A stretch of 62,759 nt of DNA, filler included, from Asterionella formosa (lineage: Eukaryota): NCBI GenBank assembly GCA_002256025.1. It is 18 parts of 18 records of this genome, joined end to end, with 100 filler letters (N's around TTAATTAATTAA, not from the genome) between each part and the next. Parts side by side here need not be neighbours in the genome. Positions count along the whole stretch, not along the records: positions 8,151 to 28,615 come from NKIB01003353.1; positions 28,716 to 29,974 come from NKIB01003354.1; positions 30,075 to 31,333 come from NKIB01003355.1; positions 31,434 to 32,692 come from NKIB01003356.1; positions 32,793 to 34,051 come from NKIB01003357.1; positions 34,152 to 35,410 come from NKIB01003358.1; positions 35,511 to 36,769 come from NKIB01003359.1; 11 more parts are not named here. One strand, 5' to 3'. The first letter of the stretch is position 1. Every line of letters begins with the position of its first letter. The position numbers and the translations under genes were made by a program. The notes beneath the pieces are model-generated. The model was not told where the DNA came from, ran no database searches, and was given only the letters and a program-made list of their open reading frames with translations. Of this stretch, positions 24,801-36,769 are shown one piece after another.

Positions 24801-27800
24801 TGGAAGGTGCTTACCGACCAACATCTCTCCTCCAAGATAATCGTTTCCTTGTTCCAACAGGCGACCTTTCATTGGTCGGAGTTTGCACATCAGCAGATGG
24901 GAAGGATGCGACATATCTAGCGTCTGTTACGGAGGCAGGTGCTTTAAGCGACCATGTTGCGATTCCTTCAGGAACAAGAATCGATAGCGATCAGATGCGA
25001 GAGAAAGTGATCAATTTCCTGATGACTACTCGTCCTTCTGCCGTGGTTGTGGGAACTAGCGGGGGGTTTACCAGTCGTATGCTTACCAGAAAGCTTGGTG
25101 AGATTGTTGCAGAGGCCGTTGAACGATGGAACAATAGGCTCATCCAAGGTCAGGATGAAGACGAAGAGGAGTTTGAAACTAGAGCAGCACAATTCCGGCG
25201 TATACACCCAAATTATGATCTTGACGACGATGAGCCTTGGAAGTGTAATGTCGACTTGGTCGACGATTCTGTGCCTCAGCTCTTTGGAAGGAGCGTTAGA
25301 AGTAAGAAGGAGTTCGCAGACATGGAAGTGAACTTGAAATGTGCTATTGCTATAGCTCGTCACGCTAAAGACCCTTTATCCGAGCTAGCGTATGCATGGA
25401 ATGTCGCCAGTGATTCTGGCATTTTTGGTACTGAGATGTTTTACTTGAACATCCATCCAATGCAGCGCTTGCTACCGCGGACAAAATTGCTTCGTCAGTA
25501 TGAGCGAGAGCTTTGCGAAGCCGTTGCTGAAGTCGGTGTAGATGTCAATGCATCATGCTCACATGATCACTTGCTAGGCCTATTGTCTTTTGTTTCTGGG
25601 CTTGGTCCAAGAAAGGCAGCAAATCTCAAGCAGAGCATTTCACGTATTGGCGGACTTGTCGGAAGTCGCCGGGACTTGCTTGCAAAACGTCTGATGGGAC
25701 CCACTGTTTATAATAACGCTGTGGCATTTCTTCGCATTAGAGATGTTGAAAAACTGGCGAGTCAATTTATCCATCCATTGGATGACACTCGTTTACATCC
25801 TGATGTTTATCATCGCAACAATTGGGCAGTTAAAATTGCTATTGATGCCCTTGAGCGGCTAGAGGGCGATGGTGGGAAGGGAGCCGATAAAGATTCCTTT
25901 GGAATCAAATGTCTTAGAGATGTCATTGCGAATTCCGGTAACGAAGTCGAGCGTCTGTTCAATGCAACCAAGAGCGAATGGGAGACACACTATGGACCTA
26001 CTTTTAACATTGCAGCGTGGGACCCAATTGTAAATGTACCCGCCGGACATTGGCGCGACAAAGTTGAGGAACTTGACCTTGAGGCATTTGCCAATATTAT
26101 TGAGCAAAATGGAATGGGCCTCTGGAACTCCCATCTTCAAATGATCAAGTGGGAGTTCCGGCTTCCATTCGAAGATCCTCGAAAGCCCATGGAGCCCATT
26201 ACGGGAGAAAAGCTGTTCCGTTTGGTAACAGGTGAGACTGACCAATCTCTCCGCCCTGGCAAGGAAGTAACTGGAAAGGTGGTAAAGAATGGTGATTTTG
26301 GGTCGCGTGTCAAACTTGAAGGTGAAATTCCTGCCTTTATCCCGTTGCGAAATCTTGCTGATGAACACGTGGAAACTGCAGAGGACATAGTCACTGTAGG
26401 AAGTGTCGTCACTGCCATCGTTACTGAAGTGAAGAAGGATCATATGTGCGTCGATATGAGTCTAAGAATGGAGGATTTTCGAAAGCCCCATACTTCTTGG
26501 GATCGACCTGCAAGTCTACCTCGACTCGACATGTTTTTTGACACTGGAGCTGCATCTAGGATTGAAGAAGAAAAGTTGAAAGAACGGGAGGCGCGCTTGT
26601 CATCACTTCAGCTTAGCCTTGGATTATTTAAGATGGATGATGATAGTGGGAAACGTCGTTCTGGTCGGGTCACCCGCCGCGCCTGTGCACACCCAGCTTT
26701 CAGAAATGCGAAGAACGACGAAGTAGACCGCGAACTTCGAGACGCGGGCGACTCCATGGTGGGCGAGGCTCTTATTCGCCCAAGCAGCAAATCTTCAGAT
26801 TCTTTGGCAATTCACTGGGTGGTGAAACCTGGGTGCATCAAGGTGATCGAAGTATCTGAAGAAGAGAAGGATAATGACGCCAGCATAGGCAATATTCTCA
26901 AGATCAAAAATGAAAGTTATGGCAGCATTGATGAAATGCTTGGACGATATATCGCTCCAATGAACGACCATGTTGAGTCACTTACTTCGCACCGAAAGTT
27001 TCTTGACTTTCCCGAAGACGAATTGGATGAGAAGATCAAGGAAGAAAAAAGGAAAAGCCCTGGTGGTATCTTTTACAACATTTGTTGGATGGAGATGCAT
27101 CCTGGTTATGCTTCGTTGCGTTTCATTCTCGGTAACAACCCACGAAGCCACCCGATTGGCATTACTCCCGAAGGTTTCGCCTGGGGCGCCAAAGTGTTCC
27201 CTAACCTTGACAAGTTGTTAAATGAATTCAAGAAGAACCCCCGAGGAGTTTCTAGCTCATCGAGCAGATCTACTCAGGGGTCTGTGATCAGTCGATCCAC
27301 CGTTCAGTCGACCATGCAGTCTAGCATGCAATCAGGTTTGCAGTCTAACATTCAGTCTAGCCGAGTTGGCGGGGAAGTCAATGCTCGACCTTCTCGGTGG
27401 GGTGCTCGGCCCCCTCCACCACCAGGAGCACCCCCAGCAGCCCCACCAGTATCCAACTCAGGGTGGGGAACAAGACCTCCAGTCCCCATTGCTGGTTATG
27501 GAGTGCCGCCTACTTTTGCTCCTCCGCCAACTCATCTTCCTCCTCTCCACAGTCTACCTCCTCGTGGTCCACCTACAGGATTACCCCCACCTCCCTTAGG
27601 CATGCCTCGTAAGTTTCTCATAAGTTTTTTGTGATGGAAATCTTGCATGTTTCTATGAATCTCACCCCTTTTCCTTTCAGCCCCTCGACCACCTCCTGGT
27701 ATGCCGCCTCCTGGAATGCCCCCACCTGGTATGCCCCCACCTGGTATGCCACCTCCTGGAATGCCTCCATCTGGTATGCCACCTCCCATGCCCAACTTTG

Positions 27801-27844
27801 GCATGCCACCTCCTCCAGGTCCACCACCTCCCTACAGATCGTGA
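21803..27844 (+). CDS. SPT6: Transcription elongation factor Spt6, ~1989 aa; exons 21803..27608 and 27681..27844
   Basis: Acidic N-terminus, YqgF/HhH core (GLGPRKA, HPLDDTRLHP), S1 domain and tandem SH2 (HPAFRN...GEALIRPSSK). Intron 27609..27680 (GTAAGT..TTTCAG) joins a PPPGM-repeat last exon. Confidence 0.95.
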
Positions 27845-27949
27845 GCATGATTACCCTGGGCAAGAACTTAGAATAGAGCAAAGAGCTTTAGCTATATAAG
27901 CTATGCTTGATTTGTTTGAGTGATAAATTATGTCTTTTTCCAACCAAAC

Positions 27950-28171
27950 ATGTTGAGGTATTTCACTGACTATTGACCAATAAATGTCACGAAACTGGAC
28001 AAAGAGGGATTGATAAATGCAGTTAAAGCATCTGTTAGTTTCTGTAGAAAGGAGAGAGCTACTTCAACCCCCATAGCTACAGTTTAAACTACTAAACTAA
28101 AAGTCAAGAGGAGTTCAAGCGCAATAGATTACATTTTAGCATGTGATTCTACTATGTTAAATCTTTAGCTA
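27950..28171 (+). repeat. Fragment homologous to the 3' part of the pogo-like element (47956..48186)
   Basis: Shared ATGTTGAGGTATTTCACTGA...CAGTTTAAACTACTAAACTA...GCATGTGATTCTAC...TTTAGCTA. Confidence 0.75.
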
Positions 28172-28615
28172 TGGGAGAGAGTATCTTAGAGCTCCAACCA
28201 ATGAGGACCTTGAGATGATTCTATGTTTAGAGAAGGGTTGGCGGGGGCTTCTTGGTTCATTGGACGTCATGCATTGGGAGTGGAAAAACTGTCCCAAAGC
28301 ACAAAGAGGAGCATTTCAAGGAAAAGATGGAGTGGCAACTATTGCTTTGGAAGCTGGTGTTGATTGTAGACTTTGGTTCTGGCATGAATGGTTTGGAATG
28401 CCTGGTGCAAACAATAATCTTAATATTTTGGATTGTTCTCCATTTTTCCATGATTTGTCAGCTGGAAGGACTCCAAAAGTAAGCTTTGCTTGCCATCAAC
28501 AACCAACAACACAATCTGGGGTATTATTTGGTTGATGGAATCTACCCAAATTGTCATATATTTGTCGAGACCATTTCAGAGCCACAAGGTCCAAAGCGGC
28601 ATTATTTCTCAATGC
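28170..28615 (+). mobile_element. PIF/Harbinger transposase fragment (frameshifted)
   Basis: EYLRAPT, GLLGSLDVMHWEWKNCP, LEAGVDCRLWFWH..FGMPGANNNLNILDCSP and YYLVDGIYP in a shifted frame. Confidence 0.9.
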
Positions 28616-28715
28616 NNNNNNNNNNNNNNNNNNNNNNNNNNNNNNNNNNNNNNNNNNNNTTAATTAATTAANNNNNNNNNNNNNNNNNNNNNNNNNNNNN
28701 NNNNNNNNNNNNNNN

Positions 28716-29400
28716 GAGAAAGGAGTTTGGAATTTGTGTTGCCACAGCACTGATGATCAGTCCACAAGCATCCGAAAAGTTACACATCTGGATGCCTCCT
28801 TTGATCAAGATATGTTAGTTCTGATCATATCAACATTCGACATGACTAAATTGATTTCGTGTACATCAAATACTATGCTAGATAGAAATCGGCCTTAGAT
28901 TGGTTGAGAAGGGTTGTTTGGAATTTTTGTTGCTCTTCACTAATGATCAAGCCACAAGTACCGAAAATTTACACACCATCCTGATGACCCATTGATCAAT
29001 GTATGTTCGTTCTGAGCGAGCATATCGACATTCGAAATATCGGCATTGATCTCGTCTAAATCGAATACTATGCTAGATAGAAATTGACAATGAATGGGAA
29101 GAGAAAGATGGATTGGAAGTTTGGTTGTTAAAGCACTGGTCATCAGTCCACAGCAGACACCTAAAATTTACTCATCCTGATGCATCCTTTGGACAATATA
29201 CGTTCGTTCTGAGCACATCGATATTCAACAAGAAGCCTTTGATTTCGGGTACATCGAATAATATATTAGATAGAAATCGGCATCAAATTGGTTGAGAAAG
29301 GAAATGAATTGGAATTTAGGTTGCTGCAGCACTGGTCATCAGTCCACAGCAAGCACCGAAACTTTTACGCATCCTGATGCCGAATTTGATCAATTCTGAC
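28716..29400. repeat. Degenerate tandem repeat, ~190-195-bp unit, ~3.5 copies
   Basis: GAGAAAGG...CACTGxTxATCAGTCCACA...TAGATAGAAAT recurs from ~28716, 28905, 29100 and 29293. Confidence 0.8.
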
Positions 29401-30076
29401 TAAGCATAGACTGCGCCAGCTTTTTCTGAAGTATAATGTACACAAATTTAGTACAAAATGTATTTAGGCGAGGAGGACTGTCCGCGCCAGTTTTCTTAAT
29501 GAAAAGCAGCTGCTGGAATGAAAGGAACAAAATATCACAATCATGGTAAAATGAAATTATTATTATTGTTATTGTTATTGTTATTGTTGTAATTTTTGTT
29601 GACTTTTCTGCTATCATTGTTGTATTCTCGTTGTAGTTATCGCTGTCCCTGCTGTTTCTGCTGTCATTTTTCTTGTTCTTATTCTATTGTTCTTTCGTTG
29701 TGGTTACTGTGGCTGCATACCCTTCTTTTTTAGTGTTCCTCACCCTGCGTTTGAACTTGAACATGCATTGTTTGATATGGAAGAATGTAAAGACGTGTTG
29801 TTTTGTTAAAAACCAGCCATCATCTGACTCTGTGAATCTTGTTCTTCGCTTCCAGATAACAAGGACTCTGTTGTGGGCCGGTTTCTCTGGAAGAAACAGG
29901 CAGGCATTTTTTGTTTCTCCTTGTCATCACAGAAAGGATGCATCTGAAAGTTCGAGAAATATATGGCAAGCACTNNNNNNNNNNNNNNNNNNNNNNNNNN
30001 NNNNNNNNNNNNNNNNNNTTAATTAATTAANNNNNNNNNNNNNNNNNNNNNNNNNNNNNNNNNNNNNNNNNNNNAA

Positions 30077-31333
30077 AGTGGGCTGGGATTGATTCATATA
30101 AAAGGAATCGACATAAAACATATATCTGTCAAGGTACTTCGAAAAATTTGCGTGAGATTTAAAGTGTCAGGGTACAGGAATGGCAAGAAGGACTCCACTA
30201 TCTCCTTGATTGTCCGTTTACTGAAAAGAGACTGGCTGGTTGGTCAACTATACACCCCCACTCCTATGATCACTTATAATGAAGTGATTGGCATCCACAA
30301 CAACAACAGGAACAATGATGAATCTATTATTGAAGATGAAGAAAAGAGTTGTGGCAATGTTGATATGGACTCTGATTGTTCACAGAAAGGGAAGCCAGAT
30401 GAATCAGACAAAGACCCTGACTATGTTCTTAATTCGCAAAATAGCAGTGATGACGATGACAAATCATTGACTCTTCCTCCTCCTGTTGCAAAGAAGGCAA
30501 CAAAAAAGAAAAATGCTACAGTAGCAAAATCAACTCCTCCAAGCAGTGTTACTTGTACTAACACATATTTTCGTGTCATCAATGTGTACATGTGTGAGCA
30601 ACACAGAAGTGATGTGTTGATGCTTGGTCAGCCTCCAACTATGGCTGAACTGGATGTAAGGAAATTCAGGCACAAATACATTTTCGATAGACTCATAACT
30701 ACATTCCTTGATGATGAAGATGATGACAGCAATAATCTTGCATTTTCACAAGATCCTTATTGGGAACAAATGGGAATAGACAGTTGTTACCCAAAGATGT
30801 ATGACGCTCTGTCCTCTGTCGAATTTTCTATGGCAATGGGGTACATGAACTATCATTACCAAATTGCATACAGGAACAACAAAAAGTCAGGAAGTAATGA
30901 TGACTTTGTTAATTTTGTTGGAAGCCGACCTTATATATATTACTACCATTTATGGTTGTGCCAAGTTCCTCATCTTCTCAATTTCGCTGTTCCATTGCTT
31001 CCAAAATCATCATTCCGTGAAAGTACTGATAGTGCCAAATCTTCATCCTTATCATCAAAGACTGTTGGCTCGAAGAAAGGAAAATGTTCATCTACCTCAT
31101 CCAATTTGTCCCATCATTCCTCTTCTATGGTACAAATGGCAAATGCATTAGAGTGTTTTGAACGAGTAAATGCAGTGAAACTTCAAGTGCTTCAGTCTTC
31201 AGCAGCACCAAGACGCGAGAAAGAGATCCTAGATGTTCTGGATCTCTATAAAAGTCGTCTCAAGAATGCTCGGAAGGATTTGGAAGAGTTGGAGAATCAT
31301 GGGTATGACTCCAATAATTCTGATGTAGTTCAG
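30077..31333 (+). CDS. Uncharacterised protein fragment (>419 aa), possibly a transposon accessory ORF
   Basis: ORF spans the whole contig with TYFRVINV and KSGSNDDFVNFVG..YIYYYHLW motifs; function not recognised. Confidence 0.6.
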
Positions 31334-32149
31334 NNNNNNNNNNNNNNNNNNNNNNNNNNNNNNNNNNNNNNNNNNNNTTAATTAATTAANNNNNNNNNNN
31401 NNNNNNNNNNNNNNNNNNNNNNNNNNNNNNNNNACTGGAAGGCAAATGCTCAAGGATGACGAGTTTGACCTATTGAAGGAAGATTTGCAATGGAACGGAT
31501 CTGAGCATATATATAGCTAAAACAAGGAAAGACGACACGACAATGAACGTGATGTCTGGTTGTTGAGGATACCGGTATGTGATATGCATCAATCAATATC
31601 ACAAATCATATTATAGTGATGTACATATCAACGCATCCGTATACTTAGATCCTATCCACTGTATAATACTATCATATTAACTGTTGACTTTAACTGTATA
31701 TATTAAACAACAAACATATATATTAATTAACATACTTTATGAATGCTTGATTTATATTCTGTGATGTATCGATAACACTTGCGTACATATTTTATCGTAT
31801 TTTATTGTCATTGTACTATTTTTACATGATCATATTTTGATCAAAATTATATCATATATATTTTATAAAATCATCATAATTTTAGGATCAATGTATCATA
31901 GCTATGTGATGTACTTTAGTCAATATTACGTATCATACTTTGGTGATGTATGCATCGATGTAACCTTATCATGATATCACAGTATCATCTTATCAATCAT
32001 GATGAGATGATTGGGAAGCAACTGTATTATGCATCGTGCTACAGGGTATATTATTATATCACGCAATTTAGTAGCTAACAAGTCACTCCGCCTGTAATGT
32101 ACTAAAGTCGACAGTGCACATACCGGGTACAGGTACTCAAACGCTAATC

Positions 32150-32570
32150 AGGTTTGAGGCAACGGACAGTGGTTCGAACGAGCGAATGATGATACGGTAC
32201 CAATTTTTCCAATGAAAGAACTTGTCTCTCTATTGATGAGGATGACATGGACACAAACACCGACTTTTTCAGGAGCAAACAACAATGAAGAGACCCACTT
32301 GTCGCTCTATTGATGGTAAAAAAGATGCGGACAAGTTCAACAGTGAATACAAGAACAACATACCAATGAAAACAAGTCGACAGTGTGTGTACGCACACGC
32401 CAAGCAAGTTTGAGGCAACGGACAATTCCAACAAGCAAATGACGATACAGATATCAAATTCTTCCTACGAGCAAACAACAATGAAAAGAGCCACTTGCTT
32501 TCGCTCTCTTGCTTGATGGTATCAAAGATGCGGACAAGTTCAATAGTTAATTCAAGTACAGTATACCAAA
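32150..32570. repeat. Imperfect local direct duplication (~2 units)
   Basis: TTTGAGGCAACGGACA and GAGCAAACAACAATGAA...AAAGATGCGGACAAGTTCAA each occur twice. Confidence 0.6.
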
Positions 32571-32792
32571 TGCAGAAACGAGCGAGCGATATGAAAATGA
32601 AATGCGTTCTAATCAGAATCATTCTATAACTATAGCTATGTGGACAGTAGTCTGTTACGCACATTTTCGTATCTCCTTCTATGCTGAATCGANNNNNNNN
32701 NNNNNNNNNNNNNNNNNNNNNNNNNNNNNNNNNNNNTTAATTAATTAANNNNNNNNNNNNNNNNNNNNNNNNNNNNNNNNNNNNNNNNNNNN

Positions 32793-34049
32793 CTGAACTA
32801 CATCAGAATTATTGGAGTCATACCCATGATTCTCCAACTCTTCCAAATCCTTCCGAGCATTCTTGAGACGACTTTTATAGAGATCCAGAACATCTAGGAT
32901 CTCTTTCTCGCGTCTTGGTGCTGCTGAAGACTGAAGCACTTGAAGTTTCACTGCATTTACTCGTTCAAAACACTCTAATGCATTTGCCATTTGTACCATA
33001 GAAGAGGAATGATGGGACAAATTGGATGAGGTAGATGAACATTTTCCTTTCTTCGAGCCAACAGTCTTTGATGATAAGGATGAAGATTTGGCACTATCAG
33101 TACTTTCACGGAATGATGATTTTGGAAGCAATGGAACAGCGAAATTGAGAAGGTGAGGAACTTGGCACAACCATAAATGGTAGTAATATATATAAGGTCG
33201 GCTTCCAACAAAATTAACAAAGTCATCATGACTTCCTGACTTTTTGTTGTTCCTGTATGCAATTTGGTAATGATAGTTAATGTACCCCATTGCCATAGAA
33301 AATTCGACAGTGGACAGAGCATCATACGTCTTTGGGTAACAACTGTCTATTCCCATTTGTTCCCAATAAGGATCTTGTGAAAATGCAAGATTATTGCTGT
33401 CATCATCTTCATCATCAAGGAATGTAGTTATGAGTCTATCGAAAATGTATTTGTGCCTGAATTTCCTTACATCCAGTTCAGCCATAGTTGGAGGCTGACC
33501 AAGCATCAACACATCACTTCTGTGTTGCTCACACATGTACACATTGATGACACGAAAATATGTGTTAGCACATGTAACACTGCTTGGAGGAGTTGATTTT
33601 GCTACTGTAGCCTTTTTCTTTTTTGTTGCCTTCTTTGCAACAGGAGGAGGAAGAGTCAATGATTTGTCATCGTCATCACTGCTATTTTGCGAATTAAGAA
33701 CATAGTCAGGGTCTTTGTCTGATTCATCTGGCTTCCCTTTCTGTGAACAATCAGAGTCCATATCAACATTGCCACAACTCTTTTCTTCATCTTCAATAAT
33801 TGATTCATCATTGTTCCTGTTGTTGTTGTGGATGCCAATCACTTCATTATAAGTGATCATAGGAGTGGGGGGGTATAGTTGACCAACCAGCCAGTCTCTT
33901 TTCAGTAAACGGACAATTAAGGAAATAGTGGAGTCCTTCTTGCCATTCCTGTACCCTGACACTTTAAATCTCACGCAAATTTTTCGAAGTACCTTGACAG
34001 ATATATGTTTTATGTCGATTCCTTTTATATGAATCAATCCCAGCCCACT
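32793..34049 (-). CDS. Second copy or allele of the 30077..31333 ORF
   Basis: Reverse complement with identical ends and only a few amino-acid changes. Confidence 0.6.
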
Positions 34050-34151
34050 TTNNNNNNNNNNNNNNNNNNNNNNNNNNNNNNNNNNNNNNNNNNNNTTAAT
34101 TAATTAANNNNNNNNNNNNNNNNNNNNNNNNNNNNNNNNNNNNNNNNNNNN

Positions 34152-34578
34152 GAGTGGTCGCATAGTTGTAAAGTTATGGAATATCCAGTAGTAGAAACCT
34201 ATCATTTTAATATTGTGTCTTTATGCTGCAACATGACATGATGACCATTCTATGGCGTTTGTCATTGTTCCCATTTTGAGATTTGGATACAATCTCGTTC
34301 TATACAACTACCCAATCAATTGAGATGTCCAACATCATGGAGAGGTCGCATAGTTGTAAAGTTATGTAATATCCAGTAGTAGAAACCTATCATTTGAATT
34401 TTGTGTGTTTATGCTGCAACATGACATGATGACCATACAATGGCATTAGTCATTGTTCCAAATTTTAGATTTGGATACAATCTTGGTCTATATTAATCCC
34501 CAGTCAATGAAGATGTTCAACTTCATGGAAAGGTCTTATAGTTGTAAAGTTATGGAATATCCAGTAGTAAGAACCTCT
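34152..34578. repeat. Tandem repeat, ~188-bp unit, ~2.3 copies
   Basis: ATAGTTGTAAAGTTATGxAATATCCAGTAGTA recurs at ~34162, 34350 and 34538. Confidence 0.85.
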
Positions 34579-35410
34579 ACATTTGGATATGCAGACATCA
34601 CTGTTCTGACCTTACTTGCTCACTTAGAATCTACATATGCAACATTGAGTGCGGATGATTTGGAACTCAATCGCATGTGCTTGGCCGATGCTTGGACACC
34701 AGAGGAACCTATTGAGCATTTATGGATCCGCATCAAACATCTTCGGGCCATTGCTGATGCTGGTGGGGAACCTTTCTCTGACAGTACTGTCATGCGATTG
34801 ACTCTTTCTGCTTTAGAAAAGGCTGGTGTATATTCTCATAGCATTCAAACTTGGCTTGATCGCGCTGAGCTGGACCGTACATGGGTTAATTTTTGCCCAC
34901 ATTTCATGCATGCTGATAAGGAACGATTGCGCCTTGCCACCGCCACCACTGCTGGTTATCATGGTGCCCATGCTGCCATTCCAACCAGTGGCCCTCCCCC
35001 ATTGCCAGCTATTGCTGCCGCTGCTCGTGCTGTCCCTTCTGGATACACTTACAACAATGTCCAATTAGGCTATTGTTGGACTCATGGTCTTACCAAAAAC
35101 CCTGACCATACCAGTACAACTTGCAATCATCCAGCTTCTGGCCATCAACTCAATGCCACCCTTGATCGACGTCTGGGTGGCAGCGTCCGTCTGTTCAGTG
35201 ATGGTCCCCGTCCTACTCGGCCACCCCGTGTTTCACCGCCACCTTCACCACTTGCTTGATGTGGAGGGGAGCAAGTTGCTGTCGATAATACTATTAACAC
35301 AAACTTATCTCCCATCACTTGTCCCCCCGTCACACTCATTGCTGATTCTGGTAGTTCTGGCAATTACGCCACTGTTGATTTACCTGTCATCAACAAACGA
35401 CCTACCACCA
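34579..35410 (+). mobile_element. Diatom-type Copia gag, then in-frame TGA (35257..35259), then protease start
   Basis: FGYADIT..LLAHLESTY, WTPEEPIEHLW and GYCWTHG...HTSTTC; LIADSGSSGNY lies in the same frame after the stop. Confidence 0.85.
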
Positions 35411-35597
35411 NNNNNNNNNNNNNNNNNNNNNNNNNNNNNNNNNNNNNNNNNNNNTTAATTAATTAANNNNNNNNNNNNNNNNNNNNNNNNNNNNNNNNNN
35501 NNNNNNNNNNTTTAGTTGAATGAACTCCAGAAAATTACGTAAACAAATGTTACATATTAAGTGAACTTTATTCTAGAATTATGTGAACGAAATTACA

Positions 35598-35720
35598 GAA
35601 TTACGTGAAGTATTTCAAATAATTATGTGAAGTATTTTCAAATAATTATGTGAAGTATTTCAAATAATTATGTGAAGTATTTCAAATAATTATGTGAAGT
35701 ATTTCAAATAATTATGTGAA
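35598..35720. repeat. 22-bp minisatellite (AATTATGTGAAGTATTTCAAAT)n, ~5 copies plus degenerate upstream units
   Basis: Directly visible tandem units. Confidence 0.92.
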
Positions 35721-35909
35721 CGTGATCACATAATATAGTGATGATCAGGAATGCATGCATGATACTTTGATCAAATATTTAACGTGATGTATTCAGATAA
35801 TATATAGATATATTCAACTACGTATTTTGATGTATTCAACTAATTCATGTGATGCATTCAAAATCAACTAGGCTTATTTATGTGATGGTCACTTCACGTA
35901 ATACGCGGC

Positions 35910-36769
35910 TTAGATGTAGTACATTTGTTGTGGTGGTGGTGGTGCCGGTGGAGGATGAAAATATGGCTGCTGATAGGAATTAACAACATTGTTCGGTGGG
36001 GGAGGGGGGCCGGGATGGTAGATTGCATGTTGTGCAGGAGGCGGCGGACCAGAACTGTATATGTGTTGAGGAGTTTGAAGCAGATGGTGGGAGTAGTAGT
36101 GGATGGGAGCTCCTGGAGGATGAGCATGAGGATTTGGGTTGGTAGAGGAGGGCAACAAAACAACTTTACAATCAACAATAGGATCGTCATTGGGAATGGA
36201 AATTGCATCCGATTTCTTGACATCAGGAGGAACAACTGCAAGGTCGGAAGAATATTTCTCGGGAGTTTTATGCTGGTCCTCATTGTCTTCAAATTTTTCA
36301 AAAACTGCTAGCCTTGCTTGATGCTGCATTTCCTTTGATGGCAGCTGGTATCTGGCATTGATTTCAGCTGATCCATGCCTGGATTTGTCGAGAATTATTT
36401 TTGTAGGTAAGGAAACACAAGAGTTGACAAGGGAAGAGATCATACTCTTCCTCCTCCCATGGGCAGTGCAACGAGCAGCATTATCCATGCCTGCAGCTGT
36501 TGCTAGGTCGACACATAGTCTTGTAGCATAGCCTTTACCAAAACAGTCTCCCTTCTTGTGTCCTGCCTCGTATGTTAGCCCTAGCTTGCGTCGGTTCTTA
36601 GTGATAGATATACGAGGAGCCATGTAGAAAAAGACGCACATGAGTTAGTCCATAGTATGCACAACAAATCACCAGTACAAATTTGGCACCAGGTATAATG
36701 AATCACCGGTGTGTACAAGGGATTACACACATAATTTACATACCTTGAGTTCCTTCTCAGGAGCGCGTC
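35910..36769 (-). mobile_element. Tyrosine recombinase C-terminal half with an intron (36597..36743); Crypton-like
   Basis: CTAHGRR (HxxR), KSRH and INARYQ catalytic pattern. A GTATGT...CTAAC...TAAG intron joins RAPEKELK to NRRKLG in frame. Confidence 0.65.

Noticed and set aside
34453..34578. N-terminus of the 268-aa ORF as a real gag start
   Set aside because: It is tandem-repeat sequence that happens to be in frame with the truncated gag.
35598..35720. CRISPR array
   Set aside because: Head-to-tail 22-mers with no unique spacers.
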